Positions 20,984-29,922 of a stretch of 64,000 nt of DNA are shown piece after piece; position 1 is the first letter of the stretch; each line of letters opens with the position of its first letter. Below the pieces are notes generated by a model. It saw only the letters and a program-made list of their open reading frames with translations, was not told the origin of the DNA and did not search any database. Both the position numbers and the translations under genes were made by a program. The stretch lies in contig CAVWGN010000001.1 in NCBI GenBank assembly GCA_963754655.1, forward strand, positions 1,920,001 to 1,984,000, written 5' to 3'. Origin of the DNA: an uncultured Chlamydiae bacterium. GTDB lineage: Bacteria > Chlamydiota > Chlamydiia > Chlamydiales > Parachlamydiaceae.

Positions 20984-21151
20984 TAACATGTTTATACCGT
21001 CCTTTCGAGGCTGACAGAAAATTGATAATTTCAGACCTTAAATAATTTTTTGAAACCACTCACACTATACTCAAGACCAGTTAAAATAAATTATATACGT
21101 CAGAAATTATCAATTTCCTGTCAGCCTCGAAAGGACGGCATAAACATGTTA
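20984..21151. repeat. Intergenic inverted repeat (~50-bp arms, degenerate outer arms to ~20950/21178)
   Basis: TAACATGTTTATACCGTCCTTTCGAGGCTGACAG...CTGTCAGCCTCGAAAGGACGGCATAAACATGTTA. Confidence 0.85.
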
Positions 21152-21267
21152 TCTTCAATTGAACTATGCCAAAATTTCTTATAAAACAAAGGCCTTACCT
21201 AAGCAAGCCTTTAAATCTCCGGAAAAATTTTATTCTCATTCAGTAATATTAAAAAAGTTGTCTAGAC

Positions 21268-21633
21268 TCATTCTTTTAGATCAATTTTATGCCTCAGCTT
21301 TTTTTTCTCACCATGCTGGCTCTTTCTATTGAGCGTCTCCTCTTTTTTACTACGAGGAATGCGAGTCGGAATGCGCTTAAGCGGACGATAATTAAGGTGA
21401 GCGACTTTTTCTCGCAATTTCTTCAAGCATTGCATTTTGTTAAGATATTGACTTCTTTCTTTTTGACAGGTTACCACTATGTGACAAGGGCGATAAATGA
21501 GACGTACAGCACTATCAGTTGTATTGACATGTTGTCCCCCACTTCCGCTGGCCCGAAAGGTTTGAATATCGCAAAGCGCCAATAATTTCTCATCAGAATC
21601 TGGCAAAATGATTTTATTTGGAAAAACCGTCAT
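21268..21633 (-). CDS. arfB: Peptidyl-tRNA hydrolase ArfB/YaeJ-like ribosome rescue factor; likely start MTVF
   Basis: [22 protein letters not shown], basic C-terminal tail. Confidence 0.85.
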   Translation of the reverse strand: MTVFPNKIILPDSDEKLLALCDIQTFRASGSGGQHVNTTDSAVRLIYRPCHIVVTCQKERSQYLNKMQCLKKLREKVAHLNYRPLKRIPTRIPRSKKEETLNRKSQHGEKKKLRHKIDLKE

Positions 21634-21727
21634 CCTAGCTCCTTTTATTTGGCGCAAAATAAAACCTAATTTATCTTTTGGAAATTTTAAATGCATTAAA
21701 AGACATTTCCAAACAAGTCATGACTAG

Positions 21728-22217
21728 TACTCAACCACATTAGTTTTAGCCTATTGGGATGGTTTTAAATCCCTATGCGTTAAGGTAAGAGATGGGTGTA
21801 GGCTACGTGCCGCATTCAGTCGCCACGCCGCTTCGCTCTGGGCTCTATGAGAGGGGTCATGACCCACCGTTCGGTCGCCCTCCGGGCTCGGTCACGGTGG
21901 GCTAGAATCAGTCGTCCTACGGACTCTAGCGGCAATGTAGAAGTCATTGAATGTTAGGTAAGGTGTTTGATAATAGTGCTGCTAGAATGCTAGTCAAGGC
22001 GTTTTGATAATGCCGCTAGAGTCCGTAGGACGACTGATTCTAGCCCACCGTGACCGAGCCCGGAGGGCGACCGAACGGTGGGTCATAACCCCTCTCATAG
22101 AGCCCAGAGCGAAGCGGCGTGGCGACTGAATGCGGCACGTAGCCTACACCCATCTCTTACCTTAACGCATAGGGATTTAAAACTATCCCAATAGGCTAAA
22201 ACTAATGTGGTTGAGTA
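21728..22217. mobile_element. 490-bp near-perfect palindrome with family A termini
   Basis: 207-bp arms 21728-21934 / 22011-22217 with about 2 mismatches, 76-bp spacer, CTAG flanks. Confidence 0.92.
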
Positions 22218-22384
22218 ACTAGTACTCCATTAGATCAGTTTTAACCTATTGGAGCGTTTTTTTTATGCCTTTCGCCAACGACTATTAAAATTGTCATCCT
22301 CAAATGAAAATTATTATATGATTAAATAAATCAAAAATTTTAATTAAATTAAATAATTAATTTAATTATATTTATATTAATTTT

Positions 22385-22413
22385 TTGACAAATTAAACAT
22401 TAATTCATAAAAT
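22385..22413 (+). promoter_or_regulatory. Sigma70-type promoter
   Basis: TTGACA-17 bp-TAAAAT upstream of small ORF 22488. Confidence 0.6.
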
Positions 22414-22487
22414 AATAATTAGGAAAGTGCTTAATTTTGATTTTTATTGTTTGAAGGTTGTGTATTGCACAATAAGGAGGAAAAAAC

Positions 22488-22622
22488 ATGGTTAAAGAAT
22501 CAAAACAGCGGAAAGAGGGAAGAAAAAAACCTCAAATGACGCTTAAAGAACGTAGAGCTAAAAAGCATGACAAAAAACAGTTTAAGCAAGAGCATCAAAT
22601 TGATGAGCATCTAACTGAATAG
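22488..22622 (+). CDS. Small basic 44-aa protein (not in ORF track)
   Basis: AAGGAGG RBS; MVKESKQRKEGRKKPQMTLKERRAKKHDKKQFKQEHQIDEHLTE. Confidence 0.75.
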   Translation: MVKESKQRKEGRKKPQMTLKERRAKKHDKKQFKQEHQIDEHLTE

Positions 22623-22814
22623 CCTGTTAAGCGATCAGGTTAAGTCATTGTTAGTGTAAGAGTTGTGAGTGTAAGCCTTCTTTTAAAGTAAAAAAAACCA
22701 AAAGAGGCGATGAAATGTGACTTCCATACAAGAGCAATAAATTAATTGCAATTGCTGTGAAATGGTCCGATATTGGATAATGATTTTGCGTTTATCCAAT
22801 AAAGGAGTATAAAA

Positions 22815-23306
22815 ATGAAATCATTTCATCTATTGACAATTATTTTTTCTCTTGTTTTTGTAAATTTAGCTTGTGCTGAGCAAGAACAATCCCAACTTCT
22901 TGTAACTCCAATTAAGGAAGTAAAAGTTGAGGAAATTGATTTTGAAAATCTGCCTGAACAATCCCAAATTGGTAATTTAGCAGAGGTGGTAAAAAGTGAG
23001 GAAAGTCTATTAGAAAAGTTGTCTGACCATATTCAAGGCCAGCTTATTCTGCATCCTTATGCAGAAAGTTTAGCCTATATCAATGGACAACTTTGTCATG
23101 TAGGCAATTATTCTCAATCTGTTATCTATACTGTATTGGAAGGGCCTTATTACGGCACTCAAACTACATTAGCCTATAACGGAGTTGTTCTTTATGTGAA
23201 CTATGATTATGTCATGGAATATACTCCATATGGTGTTGTTCTCCACCATCATTACTCTGATTCAGAAGTTGTGACCGGTTCCAATCAAGTCATCATTTTC
23301 AATTAA
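22815..23306 (+). CDS. Exported hypothetical protein
   Basis: AAGGAG RBS, signal peptide ending ACA. Confidence 0.8.
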   Translation: MKSFHLLTIIFSLVFVNLACAEQEQSQLLVTPIKEVKVEEIDFENLPEQSQIGNLAEVVKSEESLLEKLSDHIQGQLILHPYAESLAYINGQLCHVGNYSQSVIYTVLEGPYYGTQTTLAYNGVVLYVNYDYVMEYTPYGVVLHHHYSDSEVVTGSNQVIIFN

Positions 23307-23327
23307 TGATTGAATAGTTTGTCAAAT

Positions 23328-23351
23328 ACGCTTTAGCTATAGCTAAAGCGT
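23328..23351. terminator. Perfect palindrome between convergent genes, probable bidirectional terminator
   Basis: ACGCTTTAGCTATAGCTAAAGCGT. Confidence 0.55.
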
Positions 23352-23364
23352 TTCTGGAGTTTGT

Positions 23365-24234
23365 CTAATAAAGAATTTTAGGGTAGATAGGTGTTGCAAT
23401 GGCTAGGAGAATCACGAAAGCCAAAAAATTTATGCCAAAATCTGTCCACAAGCCAAAATGAGTGGTTTCTCCTACAATCATCAAATAGCGCAAAGCATCA
23501 ACTTGGTAAGTTAAGGGATTGACGCTGGAAAGTGTTTTTAGCCAAGAAGGCATCATGTCTATAGGATATAAGGCATTACTTGCAAAGAATAGAGGCATAG
23601 TCAGGACTTGACCAATTCCCATAAATCTTTCTCGTTTTTTGACAATAGCAGCGAAAGTGAGTGACAACGTTGAGAAGAAGGCGCCACCTAATAAAATCAT
23701 GGCGCAAATGCCCAACAAGGAAAACAAATCAAATTTTAAATGGATATCTAAAAAAAAAGAGAGTAAATAGATAACCAAAATTTGAGATAAGCCTCGAATT
23801 CCTCCAGCAATCGCTCTTCCTAAAATTAAGAGAGATCGTGGGGCTGGAGTGACTAAGATTTTATGCAGGATTCCCATATCTCGTTCCCATATCAAAGCAA
23901 TTCCAAAAAATATTCCAATAAAAAGGACGCTTTGCGCTAGTATTCCGGGGGCCATATAGTCAAGATAAGAAGATCCACTGATAGGAATAGCACGCACTTT
24001 AGCCATGGCCTGACCAAAAATCAATAGCCAAATGGCAGGCTGAATCATGCGAGTAAATAGCTCAAAAGGGTCGTGACGGAGCTTGCGTAAATCGGCTTCC
24101 ACAATTGCTAAAGTTTGTTGAAGGCCAATTAAAAATTTAGTCCAAATGTGAGAGGGTCTGCCTAATTTGCTTTGCATGATTAAAATCGCCTCCTTCGACG
24201 ATGGAAGTGCCTGTAGACTGAATAAATACATCAT
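23365..24234 (-). CDS. ABC-2 type exporter permease (true start probably ~24177)
   Basis: Six TM segments, PGILAQS, WERDMG, NPLTYQVDALR. Confidence 0.92.
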   Translation of the reverse strand: MMYLFSLQALPSSKEAILIMQSKLGRPSHIWTKFLIGLQQTLAIVEADLRKLRHDPFELFTRMIQPAIWLLIFGQAMAKVRAIPISGSSYLDYMAPGILAQSVLFIGIFFGIALIWERDMGILHKILVTPAPRSLLILGRAIAGGIRGLSQILVIYLLSFFLDIHLKFDLFSLLGICAMILLGGAFFSTLSLTFAAIVKKRERFMGIGQVLTMPLFFASNALYPIDMMPSWLKTLSSVNPLTYQVDALRYLMIVGETTHFGLWTDFGINFLAFVILLAIATPIYPKILY

Positions 24235-24937
24235 TTAGAGTAGCTTCAGGACCTAACTCTTTTTTGAGGTTAGCCGGAGAGTCCATTTTCAAAATATGGC
24301 CTAAATGCATGAAAGCGATGACATCGCAAAGCATATCTGCTTCCTCCATATCATGGGTTGTCATGAGAATCGTGGTCCCAAATTGCTTACGTAACTCCTT
24401 AATGCGACTCCACACGATTCTCCGAGCAGAAGGATCTAAACCCACTGTGGGTTCGTCAAGAAAAAGGACATGTGGTTCATGGACCAGTGCTTGTGCAATC
24501 TCGAGCCGCCTAATCATTCCTCCTGAAAATTGATTGACCAGCTGATCGGCAAATTCTGATAAACCCATAAAATTGAAAAGTTCCTCTATTCTTTTTTGGC
24601 GTTTATGTTTAGGAAGTCCATAAAGTTTGGTCGAAAGTAAGAGATTTTCATAAGCTGTCAAATCGCCATCTGCAGAGAGAAGCTGCGGCACATAGCCAAT
24701 ATGTTGACGGACAAGTCGAGCCTCGCATACAATGTCATGTCCACTAATTTTAGCTGTTCCTAAGGTAGGAGGTAAAAGAGTCGTCAGCATTTTGAGGAGG
24801 GTACTCTTTCCTGCTCCATTAGGGCCTAATAAGCCTAAGATTTTTCCTGCTTGAACCGTAAAAGAAATATGATCTACCGCGGCATGTGAATTGTAACAAT
24901 GTGTTAACTCTAAGACTTCGATCGAAAGAGATTTCAT
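24137..24937 (-). CDS. DrrA-like ABC exporter ATP-binding subunit; likely start MKSLS
   Basis: GPNGAGKS, FSGGM, LFLDEPT, TTH. Confidence 0.93.
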   Translation of the reverse strand: MKSLSIEVLELTHCYNSHAAVDHISFTVQAGKILGLLGPNGAGKSTLLKMLTTLLPPTLGTAKISGHDIVCEARLVRQHIGYVPQLLSADGDLTAYENLLLSTKLYGLPKHKRQKRIEELFNFMGLSEFADQLVNQFSGGMIRRLEIAQALVHEPHVLFLDEPTVGLDPSARRIVWSRIKELRKQFGTTILMTTHDMEEADMLCDVIAFMHLGHILKMDSPANLKKELGPEATLNDVFIQSTGTSIVEGGDFNHAKQIRQTLSHLD

Positions 24938-24948
24938 GCGCTGGATGA

Positions 24949-25380
24949 TTAAAAAGATTTTAAAATAGAACAACAATGGCCACATTTTTTGGCGTCAATA
25001 GGAATGGACATCCGACATTCGGGGCAATCTTTAGTCTTTGGAACTTCTTCATTTTTTTCTGGTTCGGTTTGGCGAAGTTTATTCATAGCTTTAATGATGA
25101 GAAAAATTGTTCCAGCCACTATGAGAAAGTCGATAACATTATTAATAAATACGCCGTACTTCAAATCGACAGGTGAAGCAGCAGTTCCAGGTAGATGCAT
25201 TTTCAAGGCAAGTTTACTGAAATCAATTCCCCCAATAAAAAGCCCTAAGGGAGGCAGGATGACATCAGATACAAGAGAACTGACAACCTTGCTAAAAGCG
25301 GCTCCTATGATAATTCCGATGGCCATATCTACCATATTTCCTTTAAGGGCAAATACTTTGAATTCCTGCCATAATGACAT
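24949..25380 (-). CDS. mscL: Large-conductance mechanosensitive channel with C-terminal CxxC...CxxC
   Basis: EFKVFALKGNMVDMAIGIIIGAAF; CPEC...CGHC tail. Confidence 0.95.
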   Translation of the reverse strand: MSLWQEFKVFALKGNMVDMAIGIIIGAAFSKVVSSLVSDVILPPLGLFIGGIDFSKLALKMHLPGTAASPVDLKYGVFINNVIDFLIVAGTIFLIIKAMNKLRQTEPEKNEEVPKTKDCPECRMSIPIDAKKCGHCCSILKSF

Positions 25381-25884
25381 ATTTTCCTCCCTAGTATTGA
25401 TCTTTCAATCTTCTCATTTTTAATTGACATGAGTCATTGAAAGAGGTTAATAAGTCGCATTAGAACAAAGCAATCGTATATTGTCAATCCTGACTCTGTT
25501 TTTAGACACTTATTAGATGCAACCTCAGAAAACGAGGTTGTAAAAGAAATTAGGAATACCTCCCAGGGTGCGGGCCGAATTTCACTTGAAGAAAGTAGAG
25601 CTGCAATCCTATCTCTCTCTGATTGACCGTCCGGTTTGCGAAATCATTGTTCCGCTTTGATATTTACTTATCTCGAAAGACATCTGTGACCTCATGCCTT
25701 CTGCGGTTTCTAGAGTCCTGCCCGAAACACTTTCATGGCCTTATCAAACGCGCACTTCATTGCCTGCTTTTTAAGCCTTAAGAAAAAATTTTACAGCTCC
25801 GATTATCTATAGATTTTAAATCATTAAATTGTTATCGAAGAACAGAAATCTAAATTTGTCAATTACTTAAGGAGAAAATTAGCT

Positions 25885-26922
25885 ATGAGTTTTAGAAGTC
25901 TACTGCACATCGCCTTCTGTCTATGCATTTGTCCTCTCACCGCCTCTCTCATTTATGTTTCGGATCCACTAGTCACACAAGAAAATGGCGCATTTAATCC
26001 CATTCATTGGAGCCTTTTATCTGAGCTAAAATCTCAAAAATATTCTTTTTGGTTTAGAGATTCTACTCATAGACAAAATTTAGAAGAGCAACATTTTTAT
26101 CTTTTTGATGAACTATTAGCAATTGGACAAACCCCCTTTCAAGATTATGCTTTTATCCATTCAAAGAGCTATGGAAAGATTCTGTATATTGATGGAGAAG
26201 TGCAATCTTCAGAAAAAGATGAGTTTATTTATCATGAAAGTCTTGTGCATCCTGCCATGATTGCTCATTCTTGTCCTAAATCCGTTCTTGTAATTGGAGC
26301 AGGAGAAGGAGCCGCTGCTCGAGAAATTTTGCGACACCCTTCTGTTGAACAATTGGTTTTAGTTGATATTGATGGAGACATTATCCAAAAATGTAAAGAT
26401 CTCTTAAAAGAATGGCATCAAGGTTCTTTTGATCACCCAAAATCCCAATTGCTCATCATGGATGGAAAGGAATATGTGGAAAGCAAAATAAAAAAATTTG
26501 ATATTATTTTTATCGACATCTGTGACAAATTAGATAATAGCCCTGCTGGAAAGCTATATACTAAGGAATTTTATCAATCTGTAAAAGAAATTCTAAATCC
26601 CAATGGCATTGTCGTTGTTCAGGCCATGGAGTTTGATGCAAGAGTAAGTAATGATCATTTAATCGTTCACCATAACCTTCAGAAAGTCTTCTCTCATACC
26701 GTTTCATATGGGGCCTATGTTCCTTCTTTTTGGTGTATGTGGGGATTTGTCATTGCATCTGATCATTCATCCTTAATTAACCTCACGAAGAAAAAAATCA
26801 ATGAAACTTTGAAAAGTCGAGGTTTAGACCATCAATTGCAACATTATGATGGCGAAACACATAGAAATATGTTTTCTATACCTAAGGAACTAAGAAAAGC
26901 CCTTAAAAATGCTGTCTACTAG
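25885..26922 (+). CDS. speE: Polyamine aminopropyltransferase (spermidine/thermospermine synthase family) with N-terminal extension
   Basis: DGEVQSSEKDEFIYHESLVHP, GAGEG, VDID, LYTKEFY. Confidence 0.9.
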   Translation: MSFRSLLHIAFCLCICPLTASLIYVSDPLVTQENGAFNPIHWSLLSELKSQKYSFWFRDSTHRQNLEEQHFYLFDELLAIGQTPFQDYAFIHSKSYGKILYIDGEVQSSEKDEFIYHESLVHPAMIAHSCPKSVLVIGAGEGAAAREILRHPSVEQLVLVDIDGDIIQKCKDLLKEWHQGSFDHPKSQLLIMDGKEYVESKIKKFDIIFIDICDKLDNSPAGKLYTKEFYQSVKEILNPNGIVVVQAMEFDARVSNDHLIVHHNLQKVFSHTVSYGAYVPSFWCMWGFVIASDHSSLINLTKKKINETLKSRGLDHQLQHYDGETHRNMFSIPKELRKALKNAVY

Positions 26923-26934
26923 ATAGGATGAATG

Positions 26935-26957
26935 GAGCGGCAATGTCATTGCCGCTC
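26935..26957. terminator. Hairpin between convergent speE and speD
   Basis: GAGCGGCAATG-T-CATTGCCGCTC. Confidence 0.65.
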
Positions 26958-26967
26958 CTCAGGATAA

Positions 26968-27411
26968 TTAATCTTCTTTTTCGTTCACTTCTGAATTTCG
27001 AAGAAAAAGTTGTTTATGCATTTGCTTAGGCTTCAAATAACTTGCTAGAACCTCTTCAAACCTTGAGGCATCGCATGAATGTCCACAAGTAAAAAAATCG
27101 ATAAAGCAAGCACCGTATTCTGGATAGGTATGAATACTTGCATGACTTTCTGAGAGAAGAATGACCATTGTAAAACCATTGGGCGGAAAAATATGCTTGA
27201 CTGACGATAAAATGGTGGCACCGGACGCTTTAGCAGCCTCTGCCATGGTCTTCTCTAGATGATCTAAATCAACCAAAGCTTCCTTGTTGCAATTGATATA
27301 ACTAGCCATCAAATGATGCCCAACAAATTCATAAGCATTCTCTTCTGCCTGAAGAGAGACAAAATAAAGGAGAGCGCAAAGACCCAAAGATTTAAAATAT
27401 TTACTTATCAT
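26968..27411 (-). CDS. speD: S-adenosylmethionine decarboxylase proenzyme (class 1b) with N-terminal signal-like extension
   Basis: GHHL, FPPNGFT, LSESHASIHTYPE, DFFTCG. Confidence 0.9.
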   Translation of the reverse strand: MISKYFKSLGLCALLYFVSLQAEENAYEFVGHHLMASYINCNKEALVDLDHLEKTMAEAAKASGATILSSVKHIFPPNGFTMVILLSESHASIHTYPEYGACFIDFFTCGHSCDASRFEEVLASYLKPKQMHKQLFLRNSEVNEKED

Positions 27412-27500
27412 TTTTTTTGTTACCCAAAATTTTAAATGACTTTATTTTTATCTGAATAAATTTTTTTTTGCAATCCGCTTTATTTGTTTATGCTTTACTA

Positions 27501-28562
27501 TTAAATCGCTGTGAGGGGTTGTCTTGTGATCATCCAACAACGATGAATTTTGCAATCATGAAAATCGATAGGAATGGTTTTACCTGTAATATCTTCTATA
27601 GAATAACAGTTAAAAATTTGAGTTTCAAAAATAAATTTTCGAGAGTTCGTACTAAAAAAGATCATTCCTTCTTCTGAAAGAAGCTTCAAAGCTTTAGATA
27701 TAATAGGAATATAATCCACTTGGATATCAAATAGCTGTGCCATCTTCTTTGATCGCGAAATAGTGGGAGGATCAATGATGATGAGATCATATTTTGCTCC
27801 AGCTTGAATTTCCTCATCTAAAAATTTGAGACAATCTGCTCGCACAATTTCATTATTTTTAAGCGGAAGAGAATTCAGTTCAAAATTATCTTTTCCCCAA
27901 GCTGTGTAAGTGTTTGACATATCGACACTCTTGGTAAAAGCAGCTCCTGCAACAGCGGCATGTACACTAAAAGAACAAGTATAAGCGAAGAGATTCAGCA
28001 ATCGTTTTCCCTTAGCCCTAGCAGCAACCATGCGCCGCGTTTCGCGATGGTCAAGAAAAAGGCCTGTATCTAAGTAGTCGTATAAATTGACTTTGAATTT
28101 TATTCCATACTCAAAAACAGAAAAAAATTCTTGGGAATCATCTCTTTTTTCATATTGCCTTGTCTCCTTTTTACGTGCTCGAGTTCGCCAATAGATGTCT
28201 TGATGTGCAGCTCCAAAGACAATATGTAAAGCTTTTTCTGTCTCTTTAATAAGATCGAGCGGAGGTTCACTTTCCTCACGCGATCGAGAAAAATATTGCA
28301 CGCAGAATCTTCCAGCATAAAAGTCAATTGCTAAAGGATACTGGCGAATTTCTCGATCATAAATGCGAAAGCAATCTGTTGCAGATCGCTTAGCCCATTT
28401 ACGTACATGACGATAATTTTTTCGAAGGCGATTTGCAAGCGGCGAACTTTTATTTTCACCATCTGCAATATTAGGTAGAGAAAGGTCTATTTTATCAAAA
28501 TGCATTTTTTTTGCTTTGCTTTCCAAGCAGAAATATTTAATTCTGAAATCAATAAATTTCAA
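27501..28562 (-). CDS. RlmK/RlmI-like 23S rRNA methyltransferase (stand-alone; start may be 28504)
   Basis: NRLRKN, RIYDREI, DYLDTGLFLDHR, LNLFAYT, IDPPT. Confidence 0.88.
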   Translation of the reverse strand: MKFIDFRIKYFCLESKAKKMHFDKIDLSLPNIADGENKSSPLANRLRKNYRHVRKWAKRSATDCFRIYDREIRQYPLAIDFYAGRFCVQYFSRSREESEPPLDLIKETEKALHIVFGAAHQDIYWRTRARKKETRQYEKRDDSQEFFSVFEYGIKFKVNLYDYLDTGLFLDHRETRRMVAARAKGKRLLNLFAYTCSFSVHAAVAGAAFTKSVDMSNTYTAWGKDNFELNSLPLKNNEIVRADCLKFLDEEIQAGAKYDLIIIDPPTISRSKKMAQLFDIQVDYIPIISKALKLLSEEGMIFFSTNSRKFIFETQIFNCYSIEDITGKTIPIDFHDCKIHRCWMITRQPLTAI

Positions 28563-28614
28563 AAAATGAAGTTTCTGGATAAATCAATAATTAAATCATT
28601 GGATTTAAATAATC

Positions 28615-29760
28615 TTAAGACTTGATTCTAACATCAATCGCCTTTAAATAAAGCTCTTGCTGAGTCATTATTGTTCCATTGAGAAGTTGGATACTTCCTC
28701 CCTTAGGAAGAATATAGGCTAAATTGTTATAGGGATCGACAAAGTTAGGATCAAGATCAATCGCTTTCAAATAAAGCTCAGGCCGAGTGATGGTTGTTCC
28801 ATTGAGGAGATGAATACTTTCTAAAAGGAGAATATTGGCTAAATTGTTATAGGCATAAACAAAGTTAGGTTTAAGATCAATCACCTTCAAATAAAGCTCA
28901 TACTGAGTCATTGTGATTCCATTGAGAAGCAGAATGCTTTCTCCTTTAGAGAAAGTATTGGCTAAATTGTTATAGGGATCAGCAAAGTTAGGATCAAGAT
29001 CAATAGCTTTCAAATAAAGCTCTTGTTGAGTCATTTTTGTTCCATTGAGGAGCCGCACGCTTTCTTCTTTTAGAAGAGTAGTGGCTAAATTGTTATAAGC
29101 ATAAACCAAGTGAGCCTCAAGATCAATCGCCTTCAAATAAAGCTCTTGCTTAGTCATTTTTGTTCCATTGAGAAGCTGAATGCTTTCCCCCCAAGGAAGA
29201 ATATTGGCTAAATTACTATAATGAACCTGGTTAGGTTCAAGATCAATCGCCTTCAAATGAAGTGCTTGCTGAGTCATTTTTGTTCCGTTGAGAAGCTGAA
29301 TGCTTTCTCCCAAAGAAAGAGTATTGGCTAAACTGTTATAGGCAGTAGCATGATAAGGGTGAAGATCAATCGCCTTCAAATAAAGTGCTTGCTGAGTCGG
29401 TTTTGTTCTATCTAGTAGTTCAGGGCTATCTTTTGTAGGCTGGATATCTTTCTCTTTCTTTTTTGGAACGACTGAATTTTTAAGACTCAATTCCTCATGG
29501 GTAGTTTGCTGAGCAGCCTGATGAAAAAGCGGTTGTCTATCTGTCTCATTGCTATTATCGCTATCGTCGTCGTTATTTCTTATGAAGTGCTCACCCCTGA
29601 AGCAGCAACAACAATTACTTAAATAGCGATCAGCTAAGACGTCAAAAGCTGTCGACGCAGCAGTGAAAATTCTTTTTTGCTGATTGGTTAGAGAGGAGAA
29701 CATTCGATTGCTGAAACAAGATTCAACATCATTAGATGGAGGTGGGAAGTTAATGTTCAT
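28615..29760 (-). CDS. TPR-like repeat protein (~42-aa repeats)
   Basis: About 6 repeats of LLNGTxMTQQELYLKAIDLxPNxxxAYNNLA. Confidence 0.85.
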   Translation of the reverse strand: MNINFPPPSNDVESCFSNRMFSSLTNQQKRIFTAASTAFDVLADRYLSNCCCCFRGEHFIRNNDDDSDNSNETDRQPLFHQAAQQTTHEELSLKNSVVPKKKEKDIQPTKDSPELLDRTKPTQQALYLKAIDLHPYHATAYNSLANTLSLGESIQLLNGTKMTQQALHLKAIDLEPNQVHYSNLANILPWGESIQLLNGTKMTKQELYLKAIDLEAHLVYAYNNLATTLLKEESVRLLNGTKMTQQELYLKAIDLDPNFADPYNNLANTFSKGESILLLNGITMTQYELYLKVIDLKPNFVYAYNNLANILLLESIHLLNGTTITRPELYLKAIDLDPNFVDPYNNLAYILPKGGSIQLLNGTIMTQQELYLKAIDVRIKS

Positions 29761-29922
29761 AGTTGGTATCCTATTTAACAGATTAAATTTAAAAAATTTT
29801 AAATGATTTATTCCTTCTTATCAATTTCTATTTTCATCCTCTCAGGGCAAAAGCTATAAAAAATAATTTCCTGTAATTACCTTGATCACGTTTGGTTGTT
29901 CACGGGCAATCTTTAAAGATGC

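Noticed and set aside
25500..25800. Relatively GC-rich intergenic stretch, possible IS remnant or ncRNA
   Set aside because: No recognisable motif, TIR or open frame found by eye
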